IMG/VR virus record: IMGVR_UViG_3300044513_003134
Coordinates: 1 to 29,468 of that record
Strand: one strand, 5' to 3'
From: a virus
Lineage: Duplodnaviria > Caudoviricetes
DNA: 29,468 nt
Within the stretch, counting starts at the first letter, position 1; each line of letters starts with the position of its first letter. The position numbers were made by a program, and so were the translations under genes. The notes beneath the pieces were generated by a model. That model ran no database searches. It worked only from the letters and a program-made list of their open reading frames with translations, and was not told where the DNA came from. Shown here piece by piece: positions 17,011-24,959 of this stretch.

Positions 17011-18606
17011 TTAGAACTCCAGTACGATCTTAATATCTTCTTTTTGACTTGAAGACCTGGGGATTGCAACTCTATTATCAATGTAGATAATTTCACCAGA
17101 TTTCGTATTATACTCAGCGGAGGAGATTCCAGAAACGAAGTCTAGACCTAGCTGGTATGTCTTGTTATTTATTGAGGTAGAGACACCGTTGAATTGATTG
17201 TTAATCTCTAGAAGTGGTCCTACGACTGAACTTCCTGAAATCGTTCTACCATATCCAGCGTCAGGAGTTGATGTAAACTCAATGATCTTATAACCACTTT
17301 CACTGGAAGCAAGACCCATTGGTTGATAGTACTTAAGAACTCCAGAGATTTTATCCCAATGAGCAACCATACCAATAGCAGTAGATCCAAGTCCAACAGT
17401 TTGCGTGATTGTAGAATCCACAGCATATGTTGTAGACGTGGTTACACCGCCCAACTTAAGTGCTTTTAATCCACTAACTAGAGAAGTGTCAAGAAGTTCT
17501 TGATTACTTCCAAATACCGTTGGGTTTTTAATAATACCAACTCTAGCAAAGTCATTACCTTCAATGATATCTGGATTGGTTTCTAGAGTTTCGAATCTTG
17601 CATAAAGTAGTGCTCTATATGCACCAAGTTCTCTATAGACATCATATCCGTGGCCACCTTTAGGTGGAATAATAACAGAGAACTGTCCAACAGCGGTTGT
17701 ACCAATACCAGTGTTAGTAAGGTTCTCTAGAGGACCACCAGACTGACTTCCAGGCGCGCCTGGGAAGAATTTGATGGACCCATGGGTATAACCCTCCCCA
17801 CCATCAGTAACAAAGACCTCAGAGACCTTTCCGAAGGAGTCGATGGTAATAGTTGCTTTTCCTCCATTACCATCTCCCAAAATGGGGACATTGGCAAAAG
17901 AAGTCGAAATTGGTTGATAGTTGGATCCTCTATCATCAATAACTACAACTTCAATCTTTCCATCAATCGCATTGGTTTTAGTAGCGACAGATTCGCCAGA
18001 TCTACCCCAATCCTCAGGAACTGGAATATATTCGATAGAATCGAATTTTACAATTTCAGAAGGTTTAATAGTGTACAGATATTTCCAAACATAACCATCA
18101 CCAGATGTACCTGCAGCTCTTGGTTCTAGGTCAATAAATGTTGGTTGGTCATAGGAAGGACGACCCTTTGGGTTTTCTGGGTCAGATCCATTCTGCAAAC
18201 AAGCATAGACTTTCAAGTCTTCATTGACGATATAGAAGTTTGCTTCATACAAACTTGCTTGTGCAGTAATTGGTGTCAGATTATAGATGCTATAATCATG
18301 ACGATACATTTCATAGGTTGTTCCAGCAACCCACTGAACTTTTCTGACAAGTCTCCTAACGTCCTTGTCAGTAATTTTTTTCATCGCGATGATAGATTCC
18401 TTAATGGAATACTCTTCTTCAAACCCATCTAGGGGCGCTGGAGTGTTTGTAGTCCAATCGGGAGTTCCACCAGCCTTTGGTTCAAGAGAATTGGGCAACC
18501 CAATAAAAGCATAATACTTATTGACGGTTGAACCAACCCCAACGAAACTTTTTACAAAAGTCTCCGCATTAAGAATCCTAAATTGTTCTGATATAATTGC
18601 AGGCAT
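17011..18606 (-). CDS. gp8: Baseplate wedge subunit gp8
   Basis: Motifs MPAIISEQFRILNAETF, W..GTTYEMYRHDYS, VYACLQNG, DGYVWKYLYTI, IIPPKGGHG and SGEIIYIDNR...QKEDIKIVLEF are characteristic of T4-like gp8. Confidence 0.92.
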   Translation of the reverse strand: MPAIISEQFRILNAETFVKSFVGVGSTVNKYYAFIGLPNSLEPKAGGTPDWTTNTPAPLDGFEEEYSIKESIIAMKKITDKDVRRLVRKVQWVAGTTYEMYRHDYSIYNLTPITAQASLYEANFYIVNEDLKVYACLQNGSDPENPKGRPSYDQPTFIDLEPRAAGTSGDGYVWKYLYTIKPSEIVKFDSIEYIPVPEDWGRSGESVATKTNAIDGKIEVVVIDDRGSNYQPISTSFANVPILGDGNGGKATITIDSFGKVSEVFVTDGGEGYTHGSIKFFPGAPGSQSGGPLENLTNTGIGTTAVGQFSVIIPPKGGHGYDVYRELGAYRALLYARFETLETNPDIIEGNDFARVGIIKNPTVFGSNQELLDTSLVSGLKALKLGGVTTSTTYAVDSTITQTVGLGSTAIGMVAHWDKISGVLKYYQPMGLASSESGYKIIEFTSTPDAGYGRTISGSSVVGPLLEINNQFNGVSTSINNKTYQLGLDFVSGISSAEYNTKSGEIIYIDNRVAIPRSSSQKEDIKIVLEF

Positions 18607-18626
18607 TGTCGCTGTGGTTTTTTACT

Positions 18627-18633
18627 TATTTAG
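18627..18633 (-). promoter_or_regulatory. Probable late promoter variant CTAAATA upstream of gp8
   Basis: Plus-strand tatttag in the 30-nt intergenic gap, at a position comparable to the other late promoters. Confidence 0.55.
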
Positions 18634-18636
18634 TGG

Positions 18637-21600
18637 TTAAGTTAAAGGCTTTTCTCTGGATACCATAGCAGCGGTGGAAAGTCCGACCAATCCAGCATCA
18701 GGATTCACAAAGAAAGACTGTGGTAATCCTTGACTACGGTTTTGGTAACCATAAATTTTACCCCAACTATATTTACCCCAGTAAGTATCAATAGTTGCCG
18801 TAGTACCAACTCCAACCTGAATATCACTGTTATTATTTGGTCCTGGTTGGAAAGCACAAGTAACTGTAACGATGCCAGACAGAACATCCACATCGGTTAC
18901 TTTTTCAACTCTAAAGACTCCACCCAGATATTCACCAGCAGAAATAAGTCCAACTTTATTTGCAGGATAGTTTGCATATCCACCAATAGCTGTTGTAATT
19001 CCAGTTAAAGCATGTCCAACAACTAAAGGACTATCATAAATGACGAAATAATCATCTTTTTGAAGTTGAGAATAATTAACACCAAGAGTGTTTAGAGAAG
19101 AATATCCATATCCAAGGTTAGTATTATCATTAAAGTCAGACTTAAGAGCAAATTCAAGTCTAGGTGGAACACTAAATCCGATACCAGGAACAAATGTGTT
19201 GACACCTACGATAACTCCAAAATCACCCTCTGTTCTGAATGATAAAATTTCTTCAGACTTAGTAGAATCAATATCAATAATTGCTGGAGGACTAGATCCA
19301 ATTCTATATCCAAATCCACCATTAGTTATGGAAACTGATGTAACTACACCTGCAGTAACCGAAGCAATACCAGTTGCTCTATTAATAACTGGATCAGCAT
19401 ATAAAACTGTGGTTCCAGAACCAACCGCAATTACTCGCAACTGTTCAACTCCAAAACCAGTTTCAACCAAGTCTTCAATTTCTTCAGAATGATTAACTGG
19501 TCTAGAGTTCCAATTGGCAAGATCAAAGGAATAGTATAAATCACCTACAGTACTAATTCCAACATAGAATCCATCAACATACTTAAGACGAGAAAAGTCA
19601 AAAGTAGCAGGAGAAACTGTACCTGCTGGCAATTGTTGACTAAATGGTTGCCAGAAGTTCTTGTCTGTAGAAATACCGATGGTTCCGCCATCACCAACAT
19701 AAATGAATCGGTTACCATCAAACAGTACATCTCGAATATTATTAAACGTATTACTATTTTTGATAGACCAAATTCTTCCATTGTTGGAAGCAATAACAGC
19801 ACCACCATTGCCAACTGCAATATATTCACTTTGCCCATAGGTTACTGCATTGAGATCCTCAAGAGTTCCAGAGAATTCACTGAAGAATGCGGTAGATCCA
19901 ATTCCAGTTGCAACAAAGATCGATCCTGCAGTTCCCACAGTAACCCAAGTATCGGTGGACCCTTCATAAACGATTCCCCTAAAATCACCTTCATATTCAC
20001 TATCGTAAGTAACAGAAGAGTTAATAGCAGGAACTTGTCTGACTTCTTTCAGGTTTACCGCAGTAAATGGAGCAAGACTATTTCCAATAGCAACTGTTGT
20101 GGAGATCTTTCCAAAAGATCCAGCAACAGCTACATGATGTTTATCTGGGAAGAAAATACTATATCCAACACCAACTGCGTTGAATGTGATTGTTCCGCCA
20201 TATCCAATGTTTCCTCTTTCCCAGAATTCTCCACTCTTGGTATTAATGTACTGACTACTTTCACCAACTGCAACAATAGGAACTTCTCTAGATATTGATT
20301 TCCACCTCACATAACTGGTAATACCAGTAATGCTGTCAAATTTCCAATCAGAAATTGGATCTTTTCTCTCAATAAGTGATTCAGAGATAGAAACTTCTGG
20401 GTTGGTAATATTTTTATATCCCTCACCACCATCTAAAATCAGAATATCAGAGATACTGGAAGATGTAGAGACTTTTGTACTTAGAATGCCAGATTTAATA
20501 GCAACGTCTTCAAAAATAACAGCATTTCTTTCTGATTGTGTCAATAAATCAATTTCAGAGAAAGTTGGGAACGCATTTTCTACGTAAATTACATTATCAC
20601 TTTCTCCAACATTTTTGATGAGTCTAGTTGTTGGTGTAACTCTAGCCTTTAAACTTGGTCTGGCTTTAGGGACTAGTGTTCCAGAAACGATCTTGTCTCT
20701 TCTCTGTTTTTCCCAAGTAAGAGGTCTTTCTGATGTTTGATCAGTATCAATACCGACGCTATCATAAGTAAATGTCTCTAAGACATCAGAGGCAACAATT
20801 CTCTTACCAGTTCTTTCAAACTGGTCCAGATCAAAGAAATTGAGTTTATTTTCATTGATCTTAACAACATCTCCAGGTTTTACTGTTAGCGGTGGTTCAA
20901 TTGTTTCAACGTCTTTCGTAGATCCTCTATAGTAGAAAACAGAACACTTGGATCCTGGTTTTGGTGCTTCAGAGAAAATAACTCTACTTCCTTTGAAGAT
21001 GTAAGACTCGCCTGGGGTTTGTAGAATATCGTTAATGTAGATAAAGATGTTGTTAGTTACATCCATATCACTACCAGAGATTGTCTTAAGACTGAGAATC
21101 TCAGTAGTTCCGCCAGTCGTTACCGATAGAGTGAACTTTTTACGTTGACCGTCAAAGAAATTAGAGATATTATCAAACAAAATAAATTGTCCGAAATAGA
21201 ATCCAGAGAACTTATCATTATCCAATTCAACGACTTGCAACTGGAACTCAGTCACAACTCCAACTGTAACATTAGTAGAAATGCCCGAAACTGTTAATTT
21301 ATCATCGACCTTGTAAGCGATACCCTCTTCCGTTAGGTCAAATTCTTGAATATCGCCATCAACGTTAACTCTGAATCTAACTACGGCGTCAGTACCTATT
21401 CCACTAGTACCAGAAATATATTCCAAACTCCTATTGAAGTATGGATCTGGCTGATTAATATCAACATAAACTGGTTTTTCGACAGAACCACCTCTTGCAT
21501 ATTGATAATATGCAGTACCAAGTCCAGTGAAAATCCTTAAATTTGCACCATCAATTGACTCAAGAATATCATATCCAGAATATCCTTCATCAACATAATT

Positions 21601-23895
21601 CTGGATTCTCTCAGCATATTGAATAGTTCCACTAGAATCATAACTATACTGAGTAATTGTGGAGTATCCAACAAATGCACTAAAGATTGTGGAGGTTCCA
21701 ACAGTTCTTACTTCGGACCCATTGTAGTAGGGATCAGTAATTCTTGGGAAAGTGAGAATACCAACTCCGCCATCATAATCACAAGTCATGGCAATTCCAG
21801 ACATGATTACGAAGTCTCTTTCCTCAAGATTATGAGGTACAGTAGTAGTTACTGTAATAATTCCACATGATCCATCATAAATCGCATCATAAATGTCAAT
21901 TGCAGGAACGCCAGTAAATGTAACTGCAATTCCACTAATAAAGACGAAATCGTCAGTTTTAGCAAGGTGACCCTCGTACTGAGTAAAGGTTCCCGTTCCC
22001 TGTTGGTGAGTATGAACACCAACATTACCAGTAAGATCGGTCATTGCAACACCGATATTAACGGTAAAGTCAAGTGTACTTGGAGTGCTTAAAACGGAGT
22101 AAATATCTCTCTGTTCGTCAACTGGTGGGAAAGTAATGTCACCAGATGTTGTACTAAAAGCAATACCAGCAAGTTTTACAACATCTCTAACAGAAAATCC
22201 ATGGACATTAGTGCCTTGGATGGTTGCAATTCCTGTAGATGGGGTATATAAAACGTTAGCAATAGTAGTAGTAATACCAATCTGTTTTCCTTCTACGGTG
22301 ACTGTTGTAACTCCAGTTGCAGGAGTATTGTCAATGTAGGAAACATCTTTTGGAGTAAAGTAACCAGTACCACTACTAGTGAATGTTAGAGCCGTAACAA
22401 GACCAGCTTGTGCTCTTTCTACTACACCACCACTAACATAATTATGGACAAAAGTAGTGATTCCTAGATTTACTCGGAATGTATTTGTGGTTACTCCTGG
22501 TAAGATGTCAAATCCAACTACGTCTCTACCTTCTAAAATATTTGTGTCTACACCCGCTTGTACTGTTCCACCAGCAACATAAACCAATGGTTGTGTTCCT
22601 ACTCCAATTCTAACAAGAACATTATTAGTATCAATAATGTCTACAACAGGATATGCGTCTTCTCTGAGCCTAAACGTGGAAACACCATCCGTTACATCAA
22701 CTCCAGCAACAACTAAGTTTCTACCATAATTTGTTGCAGTCCCAAGATAATGACCAGCAGTAACATTTACAGTTGCAATACCAGTGAGATAGTTATATCC
22801 AAAGGTGTTGATGTTTCTTACAGCACTTAGGGGAGTAAAAGTAAATCCAGCACCAGTAATTCTTACTCGATCTCCTTCATAAAGATCATGAGCAGTTGCA
22901 GTTGTAAATGTTCCAATTCCAGTGAACATATTGTGTACTGCTGTGCTGATCGCAACGGTCGTAACTTCATTAGTTCCAAGTATGGCAGTAATAGCAGCAC
23001 CAGTCCCCTGAGATGCACGTATAGTGACCTCTGGAGGGGTTCTATAACCTTGTCCCCTACCAGTCAGTCTAAGACCCGTTAAAGACCCTGTAGTACCGAC
23101 TCCGACTCTTGCAGAAGCAGCTAAAAGTGTGTAATATCCGCCACCAGTCTGCAATCCAACTTTATTGATCCTTCCAGCTCTAGGAACTCCACTTAAAAAG
23201 TTAATATTATTATCTTCGGCAGTATTAATTTCAAAATCCAGTCCAGGAGTTTGAACTACATTATTAATAAGAATGAATGGGTTATTATTAATATCAACTC
23301 CACTATTGACGTTATTATAAAGTGAAGTGACAATGCCTTGGTTTTCTGTTACATCAAACTGAGTTCCAGCAATACCAGTAAATGTCAGTGAAATGTCATC
23401 TAAAATTACGTTTTTATCTTTCTCATCATATGGATCAAACTTTCGAGAAAATAGTCTTCCACTAAAAGTGGATCCAGTAAGTAGACCAACTGGTCCTTGT
23501 TTACCGTATGGTGGATCTGAGAAAAAGATTGAATCGTCTACAATCTGATAATCTCCAGTAAATACTGAAGATACACCAGTGTTGTGTGTGGTAGCTATAG
23601 ATCCAAATGATCCTCTTTTTACTACAACAGAAGCACCTGTTGTTTGACTAAAAACTGGAAAATAACCAGCGCCTTTGCCAAATACAACAATTTGACTAAT
23701 AGTACCTAGACCAGAAATTACAGGAAAGAAAATACCTTCCGTTGTTGGAACAGTTGTGCCCTCAACAATAATCTTTGGTGGATCGGTTTTCGCATATCCA
23801 GATCCACCATCAAGGATCTCAATCCTATCAATTCCATAATTGGAATCGAAAAAAGGTCTGAAAAGAGCTCCAGATCCAGGCGTAGTTCTAGGCAT
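18637..23895 (-). CDS. Baseplate wedge initiator (gp7)-like structural protein (1752 aa) with nested beta modules and an Asp-box/BNR propeller
   Basis: It lies directly upstream of gp8 and has GAGG upstream of its ATG. It contains GxGY..PP.V repeats, DDIS..F.G modules, Asp-box-like words (SNNGRIW, STDKNFW, SFDLANW) and a C-terminal GKYSWGKI. Confidence 0.8.
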   Translation of the reverse strand: MPRTTPGSGALFRPFFDSNYGIDRIEILDGGSGYAKTDPPKIIVEGTTVPTTEGIFFPVISGLGTISQIVVFGKGAGYFPVFSQTTGASVVVKRGSFGSIATTHNTGVSSVFTGDYQIVDDSIFFSDPPYGKQGPVGLLTGSTFSGRLFSRKFDPYDEKDKNVILDDISLTFTGIAGTQFDVTENQGIVTSLYNNVNSGVDINNNPFILINNVVQTPGLDFEINTAEDNNINFLSGVPRAGRINKVGLQTGGGYYTLLAASARVGVGTTGSLTGLRLTGRGQGYRTPPEVTIRASQGTGAAITAILGTNEVTTVAISTAVHNMFTGIGTFTTATAHDLYEGDRVRITGAGFTFTPLSAVRNINTFGYNYLTGIATVNVTAGHYLGTATNYGRNLVVAGVDVTDGVSTFRLREDAYPVVDIIDTNNVLVRIGVGTQPLVYVAGGTVQAGVDTNILEGRDVVGFDILPGVTTNTFRVNLGITTFVHNYVSGGVVERAQAGLVTALTFTSSGTGYFTPKDVSYIDNTPATGVTTVTVEGKQIGITTTIANVLYTPSTGIATIQGTNVHGFSVRDVVKLAGIAFSTTSGDITFPPVDEQRDIYSVLSTPSTLDFTVNIGVAMTDLTGNVGVHTHQQGTGTFTQYEGHLAKTDDFVFISGIAVTFTGVPAIDIYDAIYDGSCGIITVTTTVPHNLEERDFVIMSGIAMTCDYDGGVGILTFPRITDPYYNGSEVRTVGTSTIFSAFVGYSTITQYSYDSSGTIQYAERIQNYVDEGYSGYDILESIDGANLRIFTGLGTAYYQYARGGSVEKPVYVDINQPDPYFNRSLEYISGTSGIGTDAVVRFRVNVDGDIQEFDLTEEGIAYKVDDKLTVSGISTNVTVGVVTEFQLQVVELDNDKFSGFYFGQFILFDNISNFFDGQRKKFTLSVTTGGTTEILSLKTISGSDMDVTNNIFIYINDILQTPGESYIFKGSRVIFSEAPKPGSKCSVFYYRGSTKDVETIEPPLTVKPGDVVKINENKLNFFDLDQFERTGKRIVASDVLETFTYDSVGIDTDQTSERPLTWEKQRRDKIVSGTLVPKARPSLKARVTPTTRLIKNVGESDNVIYVENAFPTFSEIDLLTQSERNAVIFEDVAIKSGILSTKVSTSSSISDILILDGGEGYKNITNPEVSISESLIERKDPISDWKFDSITGITSYVRWKSISREVPIVAVGESSQYINTKSGEFWERGNIGYGGTITFNAVGVGYSIFFPDKHHVAVAGSFGKISTTVAIGNSLAPFTAVNLKEVRQVPAINSSVTYDSEYEGDFRGIVYEGSTDTWVTVGTAGSIFVATGIGSTAFFSEFSGTLEDLNAVTYGQSEYIAVGNGGAVIASNNGRIWSIKNSNTFNNIRDVLFDGNRFIYVGDGGTIGISTDKNFWQPFSQQLPAGTVSPATFDFSRLKYVDGFYVGISTVGDLYYSFDLANWNSRPVNHSEEIEDLVETGFGVEQLRVIAVGSGTTVLYADPVINRATGIASVTAGVVTSVSITNGGFGYRIGSSPPAIIDIDSTKSEEILSFRTEGDFGVIVGVNTFVPGIGFSVPPRLEFALKSDFNDNTNLGYGYSSLNTLGVNYSQLQKDDYFVIYDSPLVVGHALTGITTAIGGYANYPANKVGLISAGEYLGGVFRVEKVTDVDVLSGIVTVTCAFQPGPNNNSDIQVGVGTTATIDTYWGKYSWGKIYGYQNRSQGLPQSFFVNPDAGLVGLSTAAMVSREKPLT

Positions 23896-23907
23896 TTATT
23901 CCTCTCG

Positions 23908-24930
23908 TCAGCTAATATTGATGGAGCTACTGCAATAAACTCTGGTAGTACCAGTTGCATCTCTAATGATACTAAATGTTAGGATATCTTCCGCACCCGT
24001 CGATGGTGGTGGATTACCACCAACCCATCTAATACCAGCAGCAATGACTACACCGTTAACCTTACAATTGTCACCATATGTGGAATCCACTCCAGCATCA
24101 TTAACAATAGTGACCGTAGTAGCCTTACTATTTAATGTACTTACATTAGTGAAGTTCCAAGTGCTTACAGAGGTTGTCAATCCACCAAGAACTACAGAAC
24201 CTTGAGACACATCTACAGTCAAAGTTCCACCAATAGCTGTCAATCCATCAGTAAAGTTACCAGATACTTTTTCAGTAATATCTCCATTAAGGTGAGTAGT
24301 ACCATTAAATGTACTAATACCAGTAATTTGAACATCACCACGAACGTCTAGTTTTGAGGATGGTGCTGTTGATCCAATACCAGTATATGCGTCTTTAGTA
24401 ACTACAAATGTCTTAGAATCAATTAGGTCTTCAGCAGAGGAAACCTGAAGACCATGAGCATTTCCTTTAGTAACAGACCAAATAGCAGGTCTCTCATTAG
24501 AGAATGATGCAACTTGCAACTGAGAAGTTGGAAGTGATGTTCCGATACCGACCATACCGTCGGCTTTGATTCGGAACATAGTTGTTGCAGTTCCAACTTC
24601 AATGGGACCATCAGTGATAGCACCAGGATGTTGAATTGTTATCTTTCCAATATCAGCATATGTGGAAGTAATAACACCAGTGGTGTTGATATCAATATCA
24701 CCAGCAACATATCTAGAACTCGTCGCGTAACCTGCAGTAGAAGCTACCCCACAGTTGGTGGAGTAACCTGCAGTGGAAGCAAAAGAGACAAAACTCAGGA
24801 GGTTACTTCCATCACCAAAAACGTCATAAATGTCTTGGAAGTTAGCGTTAATTTTTAACGTACCCTGAAGTAAAGTATCTCCAGTTCCATCATTCGGAGC
24901 TGTACCAGTATTAATACCTTGGAAAGCCAT
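23908..24930 (-). CDS. Baseplate/fibre protein with gp9/gp10-type N-terminus (340 aa)
   Basis: MAFQGINTGTAPNDGTGDTLLQGTLKINANFQDIY matches the gp9/gp10-type N-terminal motif. It also has ASTAGY repeats, VGIGT.P...L.V fibre repeats and a fibre-type C-terminal domain (IRWVGGNPP...DILTFSI). Confidence 0.8.
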   Translation of the reverse strand: MAFQGINTGTAPNDGTGDTLLQGTLKINANFQDIYDVFGDGSNLLSFVSFASTAGYSTNCGVASTAGYATSSRYVAGDIDINTTGVITSTYADIGKITIQHPGAITDGPIEVGTATTMFRIKADGMVGIGTSLPTSQLQVASFSNERPAIWSVTKGNAHGLQVSSAEDLIDSKTFVVTKDAYTGIGSTAPSSKLDVRGDVQITGISTFNGTTHLNGDITEKVSGNFTDGLTAIGGTLTVDVSQGSVVLGGLTTSVSTWNFTNVSTLNSKATTVTIVNDAGVDSTYGDNCKVNGVVIAAGIRWVGGNPPPSTGAEDILTFSIIRDATGTTRVYCSSSINIS

Positions 24931-24950
24931 TACTTAAATAGTTTTTCTGT

Positions 24951-24958
24951 TATTTATA
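24951..24958 (-). promoter_or_regulatory. T4-type late promoter TATAAATA
   Basis: Plus-strand tatttata lies right after the upstream stop, about 21 nt before the ATG at 24930. Confidence 0.85.
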
Positions 24959-24959
24959 G

